From Chlorokybus atmophyticus (lineage: Eukaryota; Plantae; Mesostigma and Chlorokybus algae): a stretch of 64,000 bases of DNA. The notes beneath the pieces were generated by a model. It did not search any database. It was not told the origin of the DNA and saw only the letters and a list, made by a program, of their open reading frames with translations. The DNA lies in contig RHPI01002907.1 in NCBI GenBank assembly GCA_009103225.1, positions 15,283 to 79,282 on the forward strand. Reading direction: 5' to 3'. The position numbers and the translations under genes are program-made. This document shows, one piece after another, positions 1 to 12,443 of the stretch (within the stretch, counting starts at the first letter, position 1; each line of letters starts with the position of its first letter).

Positions 1-588
1 CAACAGGTCGCTTGCTTCGTGTCATGGCTACTTGTTGCCACTGCTTTTCCTTGTTATTTGGCTGCTGCCTGTTGGTATTAGTGAAGTGCTGCTGGCAAGA
101 CCAATATCGATATATGTGCTAGGCTTGCGCATCACTGCATTGGCCCAGATGCACACCGACAACCGCAAATTGTGACTGATAAATTTTACTCACTGGCTGA
201 TGCACGAACTTGCCAACTCTGACCAACCGCTGCTGCCAGCATAGTATGCTTCCAGGGAGCACAGCAACACCACTGCGACCAGCGGTACTCCATTGCAGGT
301 GTGATGACAATGTTGTGTAATGACAGTTCATAGCCCAACAGCTGTATACTGGGTTGGCAGCTACGCATGCTAGCATGGCGTATCACAACTACTCCATCAA
401 CTGCCGCTGCATAGTGTGGCAAGGCGACTGTGTGTGCTCCAAACACACACAGCCGGCTGACATTCGCAGTAGCGTCACATAGGTTGCAACATACCCGACA
501 TATTGTGCCAGTACAGTGTGAATCGTGCAGGCAAATCATTGGCACGACACACCAGTACAGTTTCAAGTGACCTTGGAAGTCAACTGAG

Positions 589-2990
589 TCAACTGTCTGT
601 GCGCCTCCTTTTTCGCCTCTTCATTTCTACTTGCGTCTGCACAAGGTAATGCGACCACCCTGCTGAACTGGGCTCGGGCGGATCCACCCATGCAGATGGA
701 ATGCGACTGCGTGCCCACTTACATCTCAGACCAACAATTGCATGAAAGAACAAACACGCATGCACGCGCCCCACACGCACGCCCACACACATGCATATAT
801 CAAGTACCTCCCGCCAGGCATGAGGAAGGAGTCCCACGCACGCCTGATCTGCAGAAATGGCAGCAGAGGTTAATTGAAGCACACACCATTGACAACAAGG
901 CAGCCACGAACAGGTCGGCATCATCAAGGTCACACAACAACCCAGAACCTATACCTCGACTAGGGTAATGATGCTGACACCAGCGCCATAGTAGAACTGC
1001 TCCATCTCTCGCGTGAGCTCAGGTCGCCATGTTGGCTCGTTGTCAATCGCACAAAGCTGAATTTCTGCACGAGCAAATGGTTCTTTCTTCTCTTCAGCAA
1101 CCTGTTCTTCAAGCGGCTCTGCTTGTGGGGGCGGTGTGTCTAGAGAGGCAGCGAGGAGTGCTTGTTGTTGGTGTGGTTGTTGTTGCGTCCCCGTCTTCGC
1201 ATCTGCTCTGGTGGCAACAGTAGGCAACTCGGCCTGACTCGCAAGTGCCTGCAGCTGAGTGTTGTCAAGAAACCATACAGATGATGTCACGCACGCACGC
1301 CCACGCACACATGCACGCACGCAGACCCGTGCATGCAGGCACATGCTCGCGCATGCACACACAGGTTCATTTTCGCACCTCACTCTCGGCTCGTGCACTG
1401 GCTTCCACAGCCCGGAAGAAAGCGTCACCTTCATCGGCCAACCCGTGCGTGGGCCGACCCTCCCGCTTGAACCGAGCTGCACGCAGCGTGCAAAGCCCGC
1501 GCAAGCGTTCTGCCAACACGATGGTCTCCATCTGCTCATTATACACATCCAACATGACGACGGTGAGCATGTAGCTACCACAAACACACACGCAAGGGCG
1601 CATTTGTGTTTCACACATCAAAGCCTGACCTCTTTATTGCGCTCGCGCTGCTCCTCCCAAGCTTTCTCTTCTGCTTCCCAACGCAGCTGCTTACCCTGTT
1701 TGGCACAAAGTTGGTTTGAAATGTGCTGGTGCTTCAGTCGCTTGGACTGATTTACAAGCGACTCGAATGACATACAAGTACACGTACACGTTCTTGTGCG
1801 ATGTCAAGTGCAATGCGACGTGTCCGCCAGTCGTCCGCGGCTCCGTCCAACTCCTCAAACACCGCTGCTTGCTGTCAGACAGTGTGTGTGTGCGTGCGTG
1901 CATGCATGCAACAAGCAAACAAACTGAAAAGTTTGTGCGGCTGTGCAAGCCAACAACCAACCTGTGCGTGTGTCTGCGCGAGCTGCTGTCGCGTACGCTT
2001 CCGCCTGCGTCTGTTGCGCAAAAGCTTGCCTTCCCTCACACGCACCACCTTGCAAGCCTCCAACACTTCGGCTGTTTGAACAGAACATGTACATGCATGG
2101 GCGTGTATGCATGCGCACGCGTGCCCACGTGTGCGTGCGCGTGCCCGTGTGCGCGCTTTTGCGTGTGTGTGCCCGCATGTCTTATTTATACAGAATGGTC
2201 CATGTGTGCACCTGCACGTGCGCGTGTATGCATGATAATGACTTTAACCCATTTAGCTAGCATTACCTGGCAGTGCAGTGTTGCTCTTGCCGGAACCCAG
2301 CTGGATCCCGAACGGTGCCAGAAGCACTGTCAACCGGCTTCGCGATGGCATGGCGCAAGCAAACACGCCAGCCTCCTCTTCTCCTTGTGTGCTCTCACCC
2401 GCACATTCAAGCGACTCAACTTCCTTCAATCTGGGTTTGAAGTAATCAACAAGCACATACGCACTCGTTTGAATCCTACAATTGCATCTCACTGGTAACA
2501 GCATACACGCATACAACAACAAGACCTTCATGCGAGTTGACACTGTGTTTGATATGTCCCGTGTGCACTTGCATACTACTTGTAGAGCAATGCTTACACA
2601 CATATGCTTGAGATCCTGGATGAGGCCAAGCGCCTCGGCCAGCTGCGCGCGCAGGACACGGCGCGTCCATTGAGGATGCGCAGGAGGAGAAGGAGTAGGA
2701 GGAGGAGCAGGAGAAGGACGATGAGAAAGTGGAGAAGGGTAAGGAGGAGGAGGAGCGAGGAGAGGAGATGGGTAAGGAGGAGGTGGATGAAGAGATGGGT
2801 ATGCTTGTGGGCGAGGGTGAAGGTGAGGTTGGGGTAAAGGTTGGGGGCGGGGCCAGGGTCCCTGTGGATACCAGCCAGGAGGAGGACGTGCTGGGTGATG
2901 AGCCGCGGGGGTGGGAGGCGGATGTCCTGGATTCCATGCCGGTGCGTACCACCCTAGAGGCGGCGGCGGCGGCGGAGGCCGCCACGCCAT
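589..2990 (-). CDS. SNRNP59: U11/U12 snRNP 59 kDa protein (PDCD7-like), multi-exon
   Basis: Spliced reading: Pro-rich N-terminus (MAWRPPPPPPPLG...), LRNRRRRKRTR, ADDWRTRRIALDIAQER, METIVLAERLRGLCTLRAARFKREG...DEGDAFFRAVEA, MEQFYYGAGVSIITLVEV and C-terminal SRIPSAWVDPPEPSSAGWSHYL. These match the plant U11-59K motif pattern as I recall it. Stop TGA at 589-591; some internal splice sites are approximate. Confidence 0.8.
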
Positions 2991-3071
2991 CGCCCAGCAT
3001 GCCACCCACTGGCTGGCAGGCTGATGTTGGGGTCATGCACCGGAGTTGGGTCCCTTAATCAGGATCCGAAC

Positions 3072-3097
3072 ATGAGACCCTAAGCTTAGGGTCTCAT
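3072..3097. promoter_or_regulatory. Perfect 26-bp palindrome with inverted CCCTAA/TTAGGG telo-box-like cores in a divergent promoter
   Basis: ATGAGACCCTAAG|CTTAGGGTCTCAT is its own reverse complement. It lies between the head-to-head SNRNP59 and HAD genes. Confidence 0.55.
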
Positions 3098-3543
3098 CCT
3101 GAAATGGAGAATCCCGATAGGGGCCGAATGCAGGAAACTGTGATTAGGACCCTGGCATCTCTGCTGATACTGGCGCCCACCTCAACGGCCTGGCGGTCGA
3201 CACCGCCGCCAGCGAGCAGCTGGCTGACCTCATAACCAGGCGTCTCACACAAGGGGAACAGCTGTGCAACTAGCTCTTGCTTGCTGGTGTGTGTCAGTCA
3301 GGCTTGTTGATGATCCGTGCTGCTGTGCTGAGCAGAGCAGTCGGTTGAAGGCAGGATCACAAGACTGCTACACTGTTAGCTGTACACTGTTTATTGGTTT
3401 CCGCGGAGCTGTGCGGAGAGTGATTGTTGCATGCATAGTCCCTACTCCTTGACGCTTTTATACTCTGACCAGTCGGTGACATCATCACCATCATCATCAA
3501 AACACCAGTGAGTAGTATCAGCGTTAGTAGCAAGAGTGCGATC

Positions 3544-5451
3544 ATGTTGGCGAAGTTGGGTCGCCAGTACTCTTCCAAGCCTCTCCGCGCTGTGTTCTTC
3601 GACCTCGACGACACACTCGTAGACACATCAACATGCGACAAGGTGCGTGATTAAGAAGAGTAACAACAACAACATCAACAGCCAGAACCATGACTACAGT
3701 AGCAGCAAGAAGAAAAACATGGACAATTACAGAATCATTAACCAATCATTGAAAAACAACAATCAATCAAGAACGCAACAGCAGCACTAATACTGCCACT
3801 GCTAGCATAAGCAACGTTGAACAACAACATCAACAACACACGGAAAAATCAAAAGAGGAGCAACGATAACAACAGCAGCGACACACAGCAGCAACACCAT
3901 CACCATCACCATCACCATCATCAACAGGTGGCGCACGCGGCAGTGGTGAAGTTGGCGGCAGGCGGGGTGGACGGCACGAAGCTGGTGGCGGCCTTTGCTG
4001 AAAGCCTCAGAAGGGCGCCTTGGGACCCACACCACAAGGCAAGTGAAGAGTGATACACAGGGCGAGAGATGAGCTTGGGATTGGGCGTGACTGGTTGTTG
4101 AAGACGAGTCAGTGAATCAGCACGCTTGGATGCATGCATCCTGAGATAACTGTGTAAAGGATACCTGCTTGACTGAAGGACTTAGTAAGGCTGATGCAAT
4201 TCTGCTTGTAGGTTCATGTGACGGAGTGGCGGGCACAGTTGTGGTTGGCAGCGCTTCGGGAACAGGGGGTTGACGACGCAAAGCTCGCTGCGGTAAGAGA
4301 GTTGATTATCTTATGTACAACAAGATTGTACAGCATGCTGCCACTACTTTGCTTTCGGTTTTGTGTGTCCGTATCCGGGGAATAGAGAGTTGACAATGCA
4401 GAACACCACAACAGGAGCTGCAGAGCTGCTTTGATGCTGCGCGCATGGGCGCTTTCAGATGGAACCCTGGCGTGGAAGAGGTGGGTACCGTGCATCGACA
4501 CAACACATACGCGCCGCTTTCAGCTCATGTCTGTGCGTGTGCGGGTATACTGCATGCCAAGTGTGTGATGTCAGGCGTGCTGTCGTTGGTGGATGGCAAC
4601 ATTCGCATGTTGGGTGCATGATGACGCTATTGCAAGCAGCACAATGATTGCTGTTATCGTGCTGCAGATGGTGGCCACGTTGAAGAGGAAGCACGTAGCT
4701 GTGGGCATCATTACCAACGGCCATGCATTGGTATGATTATCAAGGCAAGGCTTGTGTGATCTCGGACACACTTTCTCTTGATGATGACTGGAGTGGGTGT
4801 GATTGTCTACTGCAGGTTCAGCGTGCAAAGGTTGAGGCGTGCCGAGCATCAGACCTGTTTGATATCATCATCATTGGCGGAGGTATGTTTATCATGTGAG
4901 ATGATCGTGCACTGTTGTTTTGTTGCTCAATCGCGTGTGCTCACACAACAGATGAGCCGCATGAGAAGCCCCACCCGTCCATCTTCATGAAGGCGTGTGA
5001 GCTGGCCAACTGCGACATGGATGACGCGGTGATGGTCGGCGACAACCTGCACACCGATGTTGAGGTGGGTGTACTGTTTTCTACCGAGCATGCAGTTATG
5101 TAGTGGTTGGTGTCACACAGAGCTGGGATAAGTACCTTCCCTGTAGTGTTAATACAACCAATGCGGTGTAAAACAAACCCAACAATATAATAGCGTCGAC
5201 AATCCAACAACGTTCTTCGACAGGAAGTCACAAATCGTGTCATGTTAGCCTGTGTACTGATTATGTGGTGCTTTATGTGTTCAGGGTGGGATTCAGTCAG
5301 GGATGCGTGCTACCGTGTGGGTAGACTACCACAACCTTGGTCATGTCCCATTGGGTGCGCCCAGACCGGATTATGTCATATCAAGAATCGGGGAGTTGCT
5401 TCCGGTACTTGAAGAAATAGAGGCCAAAGGCTACTCCCCTCATTTGACTAA
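3544..5451 (+). CDS. HAD-superfamily hydrolase, NANP/HDHD4 (N-acylneuraminate-9-phosphatase)-like, 8 coding exons
   Basis: Motif I RAVFFDLDDTLVDT (3544-3642), motif II IITNGH, EKPHPSIF and motif IV VMVGDNLHTDVEGGIQSG. Canonical introns plus one GC-AG intron (4039-4211); stop TAA at 5449-5451. Confidence 0.88.
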
Positions 5452-5723
5452 CATTGTTTAGTGGCAATTGTTTGCTGATGGGCGTTGATCCATTCACTAC
5501 TCATGCGACAAAGATGCCTCGTGTGTCATGACACCATTGCATATAATAACACATGACACAAAAGATAACCAAAGCAGGCTTTGAGAGTCACATATATGGA
5601 ACAGTGCTTTGGCCTCAATGTTACTAATCAACGCTAGGGTTGGAACTGAAGGCGTATACAACACATCTAGACAGTATCAACGTTTGACAGACTCTACGAT
5701 ACAAAACTGGGACAAACAGTGCT

Positions 5724-7825
5724 CTAAAGGGACCCAGGGTAGTTACCAATCGCGAGCGCAGTAGTCAATAGCCCAAACACCAAAAACGGCTGCGCGCTTG
5801 CCTGTCACATGCGCGTACGTGTAAATGTTAACGGCAAGTTGCAAGCAACATTACCCAAACCAGCAACGCAAGGCACACTCACCTGGTACTTGACGTCATA
5901 CTTGATTGGGTCCTTGAGCAACCATAGGAACTGCATGCCGCTCGAAGTCAGCAACGAGTTCAGTGCATAACCAGATGGCATATAAAGTTTGAGGTAACAT
6001 ACTTGGAAGATAATCTGCGGTGTAATAAGTCCAAGCAACACGAGCGCGTAAGTAGTCTGACCGATAGCATACAGGTACGCTGCATCAACCAGCAGTTGTT
6101 AGCAAGAAAAGGGTGCATGCGAGTACACGTGAACTGGAAGCGAAACATGTGAGACACGTATGTTACCTGCCACCGACAACTGCGTGACATCAATGGTTGC
6201 CGCGCAGATGTACTTTGCGGTGTCCACGCCAAACGCAACAGGAAGGGAGTTCAAGCCCATCTGCCTGTCGCCCTCAATGCTCTTGAAGTCGTTCACGATG
6301 GCAATGCCAAGCCCCGCGATGGAGTACAACAGCGTCAACACAACTACGCTAGGCGACAGCGTGCCAAACATAAGCTGCCCACACCACCTGCCAAACGCAC
6401 ACAATGTTGCCATCAAGCATGAACATCAACCACAAGCCACAGAGAGCTGTTGGCTGTTATCCCAACGCACCATGGGAGGGAGATGTAGGATGACCCGAGA
6501 GCGTAGTTGCCAATCCATCCTGACTGCTTGAGCTTGAGCGGAGGTGCGCTGTAGATGTATGAGATGAAGCTGCCAAATACGGAGAGCAGGAAGATTTCTG
6601 GGATCTCATGGCCCGCCCACTTGTCCAGCAGGTAAGACAGCCCCAGACCAGCCAGAAGCAGCACCCAGATCTGAGCAATGACCTGACCGGGTTTGATCGC
6701 GCCTGAGGGGATCGGCCGGTACGGTTCGTTGATGGCATCAATGTCCCTATCATACCTGTTCGCGTCACACAAATTACTCAGCAACACTCTTGCAGCTTGA
6801 ATCAGGGAGGTTTGCAATGGGCAAATGGCGACAAGTGCTGTGTGTCCATGTTGCTTGGCAATGTGTGTATGTGTATTGTGCCAACATTCACACGATGTGC
6901 AGATGTTTGTATCATGCTTGTGTCACGCACCAGTCGTTAATGGTCTGCGTGAAGCCCGTGAGCAGCGGTCCAGCGAGGACCATGCAGGTGAGGGACTTGG
7001 CGACGTCCTCAGGTGTCCAGTGGAAATTGCCCGAGGCCGCTGCTCCGCAGAGGACTCCCCAGATCAGCGGGACCCACGTCACGGGCTTGGTCAGCTGCAG
7101 GCGGATCTTCCAGATGTCTGTTGTGCCCTCCGCACCCTTCATGCCAAGCAGCTGCGCCGCTTTGCTGCTCACCACGCGCGCCTGAGGTCATGGCATTGTG
7201 ATGATGGCAAAAAGCACAATGCAGCAAAAGAGCACAAATCCAACCCACATAGTACGCTTGGTTGCTGATGAACACTGCCTAGCCAGCGTATTGGCTCTTT
7301 TAAAACGGGTGATTGCATTGCGTGACAGTGCAACCTAGTGCCAATGGAGCACTAATAGGCAGTGGGTTGCACGGTTGAACAATGGCAGACGGTGCGCGCG
7401 ACACTCTGCAAAGTTTTCAAGTGCGGCGGTGGAATACGTTGCACTTATGTACAAGAATGGCATGCATGTCTGTAATGACAGCTTTCAGTGTGTTTTCTTC
7501 GGCAATGCAGCATGCAAGGCCTGTTACATTGCGTGTGCTGCTGCTGACATGCCCGACCGGCGCATTGTACCTTATCAGCGGGAGCGACGTCGGGAGAGGT
7601 GACGGTATCAATAATCTCCTTCTCGGCATCTCCAGCGCGCGCCCTCGTGAGCACATGGGCAGGCAGGCGGCGGCGGCGAGACGAACCCAGAGCTGCTGCA
7701 TGCTGCTGCCGTTGCCGCCTTCCATCGTCGCTGTGCAGTAACCTCAGCGGCAGCGTCGAGGCGCCCACTCTGCTTGTAGACAGTAACGACAGAGACATGC
7801 TGCACGACGCCGCCGACACCGCCAT
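5724..7825 (-). CDS. CHLG: Chlorophyll synthase (UbiA prenyltransferase family) with plastid transit peptide
   Basis: IWKIRLQLTKPVTWVPLIWGVLCGAAASGNF, GPLLTGFTQTINDW, YDRDIDAINEPYRPIPSG, YSAPPLKLKQSGWIGN, AIVNDFKSIEGDRQMGL and DVKYQASAQPFLVFGLL. The N-terminus is Ser/Ala/Arg-rich; stop TAG at 5724-5726. Confidence 0.96.
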
Positions 7826-8366
7826 GGCCGCCAATGACGACAGCAACAATGCCGCTTACGAGCTAAAGCTGTAGCCTAGCCTAGTCTTCAACTCGTACTC
7901 ACAGTCTAACCCTAATGTGCAGCTGACGCGCGCTGCGCAGAGCCTGCGGAATCGACACAGGGGCAACCACCAGTTGCAACACGAGACTTGCAGTTTTGGC
8001 GGCGGCAGCGAAGCGGAGGCGGCGGTTTCTCTGGAGGTGTCGGCGGTGTTGGCGGTCTTGTTTGCGGTGTCGGTGGTGCGTCTCGCTGGGCGTGGTTGCA
8101 ATCAAGACGATATATAAAACTGGTGGTTACCACTCTTGTTGCTGCAGTGCGGCAAAATTCTGCGTGTTGGAGTTGCCCATGCGGCCATACAGGGCGGGAA
8201 AAGCAGGGTGGGTGTAGGTTGATAGAGCAGAGAACGATAGGGCGAGTCGCGTGCAGAGTACAACGTTGATCATCGTATGTCTGCCTTTAGATTGAGGCTG
8301 ATATCCTGTGAAGCTTAGTTTCCAGATTTACCCCAGCAGCAAAACCAAGAAAGCGACCCCGCAGGC

Positions 8367-10369
8367 ATGCTGCTGACGGATGAAGTCGCCGCCTGCATGG
8401 GCAGGGGCAGAGTGTTCAAAGACAATGTAGGTGAATGTGGTTTGAACGGCTGGTTCCAGTAAACTATTGCCATTGCATATCAAATTGTTTTGCGCGAGAG
8501 CATGTGCTGTTTCCTCACATACATTGCTGCTGGGTTTCAACAGACTGGGAGGATCACATCCCTAGACTTCCACAGAACAGAGGACTTTCTTGTCACCACA
8601 AGCGAAGACGAGTCCATCCATCTGTACAACACAGCGTCTGGCAAGTAAGCATGCAGTGAGACGCTCATGATGCAAAAATGACCAGAGTGTGACCCTAGCA
8701 CAGAGCATGTTTGGTTTGGTCTCTTGCTGTCATTTTTGCACAAATGGTGCCATAACATTTGTGCAGCAACCAATTGATCCATGCAACGTGCCTCAGGCTG
8801 GTCAAGACCGTGTTCAGCAAAAAGTATGGAGCAGACAACATCCGCTTCACGCACCATTCGAGCTCCGTGATCTGCTCCTCCAAGAACGAATGGGATGGTA
8901 AGTGTTGGTGTGGTTCTCAATCTCAATCTCTACAACGCGCGGGTGTGCATGCATGCACTTCCGTGCATGCACATGCACAGACATGCCCAGACACGCCCAC
9001 GCACACTCGAACATGCACACGCGCACAAATGCATGCACGCATGCAGGCGCGCACACAAATTCATGCACACGCGCACGAGCGCGAGAGGTGATGAGTGTTT
9101 TTGCCTTTGTGCAGAGTCGTTAAGGTATCTCTCGTTACATGACAACAGATACCTGCGCTACTTCCGAGGCCATCACGGGAGGTATGTGCCGGCAAATGGT
9201 CCTTACAGTGCCACTTGAGTGATCACTTGCAGCGAATGACGGCCCAGGAGTATAGTGAGCCAAGTGCCTAGTTCTGACAAGATCAAATCTTCAGGGTTGT
9301 TTCGCTATGCATGAGCCCGAAGAATGACTCCTTCATGTCGGCCTCCCTCGACAAAACCGTCCGATTGTGGGACTTGCGAACCAACGTGTGCCAAGTACGT
9401 GGTATTATCTGAACCTGCCCTATGAAATACTCTGACAACAAACCACGCTGACCACATTGAGACCGTTGTAGGGTTTGTTGCGCGTGCGAGGGCGGCCCGC
9501 AGCTGCGTACGATCAACAAGGCCTTGTCTTTGCTGTTGCAATGGAGGCTTCCGCTGTGAAGCTGTATGATGTGCGCTCGTTTGACAAGGTAACGGTTGTG
9601 ACAAACTTTTCATCTCAAGCGTGCATGTTGTGAAGACGACTTCTCACAGAATACGTTGTGACAGGGGCCTTTTGATACTTTCAATCTGTCGGAGGTGAAG
9701 GAAGAGGTTGCGTCCATAGAGTTCAGCAATGATGGAAAGCTCATGCTTCTCACCACTCTTGACAACCAACATGTGCTTCTTGATGCATACAGCGGTGATA
9801 TGGTACGTGACAAGTCCATAATTATGACCTGCTTTTATTACTTCCCAATATGGTTGATAATATGTGCGTGACTCTGTGTTGGCTTGTGGCAGTTGCAATG
9901 CTTTACTTCACCGCCCTCAGAAGATGGCACGGTTATGCCGGCATCATTCAGCCCCGACGCGCAGTACATTGTTGCTGGTGAGTGCTTGAGGAGCAGTCGA
10001 CATGCGTGCTGGTTGCTTGCATATGGCCTAGTGAGCGACATGGTTGTGTTGTAGGCTGCGGCGACAGGAACGTGCGTGTCTGGAACAGCAGCACAGGCAC
10101 TGAGGTAAGCTCCCTTTCCAGTGCATTATGATGCAAGTTGTGCATTATGCAAACCACGAACGGTATCTCCATATGCGCCACACATGCATTGTCGTGTGCA
10201 GGTTGGGTGCTGGAAGGGGCATGTTGGGGTGCCAAGCGTGGTCAGGTGGGCTCCTCGTCGCATGCTGGTTGCCAGCGCGTGCTCCGCCTTGGTGCTGTGG
10301 ATCCCTGACCTTGCCAAGCTCTCAGAGTTGCAACAACAGCAACAGCAGCAGCAGCCCATGCAAACTTGA
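8367..10369 (+). CDS. WDR82: WD40 protein WDR82/SWD2 (COMPASS/PP1 subunit; plant APRF1-like), about 10 exons
   Basis: [93 protein letters not shown] and [17 protein letters not shown]. Exons join in frame through GT-AG introns; C-terminal poly-Q. Confidence 0.93.
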
Positions 10370-11588
10370 CACCATAAAACAGCCCTGGTTTGTGAGTGTC
10401 ATCTGCTTGGTTGGCCTTGTTCACATCCCCCTATGTAATGAATGCCTTTCCTGGCAGCAAGATGAAGCTCACACTTCCGTTTGCTCCTTTGCCTTTAGGG
10501 GAATCTAAAGTACCATTGAAATGCATGCGATGGTCAGTTGACACAAGCCTCTTTGAGTGTGACAAGTATGTGTTAACATTAATGCTTATTGTATGGTGTA
10601 TGTTTACGCAACCAAGCAACCTTTCCTCATTGAGAATGTGCGCACACGCAAGCAGCTTCTATGCAGTACATGGTATAAGTTAGGGGCGCTTAAAATCCAA
10701 AGTCACTTACCATCAAAGTTTGCAACTTTCATACAATCTGTGCGGTAAGCAACTTAGGCCACACAAGCACTTGCATAGGTTGAACATTTCATCAATTTGA
10801 TTGGGTGTCTGATGGATATGAGCTTCTATTCACGTGAAGAAAAGCTCTAGTACCATTGGATGAATTTTTGTGTTACTCATTGCAAAAAGTGAGGTCTAAA
10901 CGCATCTTTGCAATTGTGCTTAATCTTAAGAGTCGTAGGACATATGCTTACGCGAGATCAATGTTTGCACATGTTGCAAGCTCGCGTATGTTTACATGAT
11001 ACCAGTAACATTACACTAAGCTTTTTTTTCATTATAATTACAATATACTGTTTAACGACGTGGTCCTCAGTAACACCCGCATGTCATTATAACTGACACT
11101 TTTTAGTTATACTTGAATTGCTTTTAACATGACCTCAAAGGAAACCCAAAAATGTCTGTATAAGAATATATCATTACACATATTCCCATTATATAAAATC
11201 ATATGTTGATTAAACAATTATGTGTAAAGCATGAGCATCAATTGCGGTTGTCTTTATTGATGCACATGATAAAGCCAACCCAAGTGGATGTTTTGGAAGC
11301 TACAGCATTGAAAGTTAGATTTGGTTGTTGTTTATACTCGTGCAGAAGAATGTTTTACATTATGGCAAAAAACATAAAGTTTCAAATAGTCGTGTTACGT
11401 GTCTTAACTATTAATTCAAAAAAAAAGATAAAGATGATGACAGAGCATCTTAACATGCGCTTGTATAAGGTAATCATCTGTCAATAATGGAGGAATGTAT
11501 TTCATTTTCAAACTAGGTGCATCATATTGTTGGCACAATTATTTAAAACAATGTGTGATTGAAGAAGCATCAACCCAAAAATGGGGGG

Positions 11589-11731
11589 NNNNNNNNNNNN
11601 NNNNNNNNNNNNNNNNNNNNNNNNNNNNNNNNNNNNNNNNNNNNNNNNNNNNNNNNNNNNNNNNNNNNNNNNNNNNNNNNNNNNNNNNNNNNNNNNNNNN
11701 NNNNNNNNNNNNNNNNNNNNNNNNNNNNNNN
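11589..11731. other. Assembly gap (N run) flanked by G homopolymers
   Basis: Run of N, with GGGGGG on the left and GGGAGGG on the right. Confidence 0.99.
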
Positions 11732-12443
11732 GGGAGGGAATGTTGTAAACCAATGCTCAAGTCAACTCAAGCTAGTTGATAAAGTGAAAGCGCTTGTGCA
11801 ATGGCCTACATGCTTTGATTGCACATATTTGATATGAGCATGAAAAGTAATATATCAGTTTTTGAAGTGCAAGCACCTGTATGTCGGCTTGAAGACAATC
11901 ATTATTTGCCACACGCTACTAATAATGTTGATACCATCAAGTTGGTCACCATAAAGATTTCTGCTTTGATGTACTAATCTTTGTGTGCATGTGCGCACGG
12001 GGGCGCGCGCGCCTGTGTGCGTGTGCGTGTACATAAACTAATAGATGGGCGGCATCAGTCTGTTTGTTGGACTGTTGAACTCTGTTTATTGACTGATGCC
12101 GCCCACTGTCAGGATAGATGTTGGGACATGGTGCTCATACTTCTTCTCAATGGTCGTCAAGTTCATGCATTGGCGTGTTGATGTGCAGGCGCACACACAA
12201 CCCATACTATTCTGTGTACACACACAGGCAGGCACACACGGGCCAGCCAATGCCACAATCAGACCTTTTTACTTTATGAGTGTGACTGCATGCATGCATG
12301 CATACTGTGTGCACAGATTCATATAATCACCGCACGCACGCACGCGCACACACACAGAGCATTCTGGACCAGGTACTACTGAGCCTTATTCAGTAAATGA
12401 ATCGTACACTACACTGCCAAAGAATGACTGATCAATAGCATCA

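Noticed and set aside
1-588. ORFs 119-376 and 186-566
   Set aside because: No recognisable motif or splice-consistent model; likely UTR or intergenic.
2604-3058. Glu/Arg-rich plus-strand ORFs (2604-2837, 2729-3058)
   Set aside because: Antisense shadows of the Pro-rich first exon of the U11/U12-59K gene.
3139-3227. Possible C/D-box snoRNA (TGTGATT...CTGA) in the divergent promoter
   Set aside because: The C box is imperfect, there is no terminal stem and I recognise no rRNA guide complementarity.
4156-4164. Perfect U12-type donor GTATCCTTT on the minus strand
   Set aside because: It is antisense to the HAD intron, with no minus-strand gene here.
11495-11837. ORFs containing X runs (also 55736-56295)
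   Set aside because: Artefacts of reading through N gaps.
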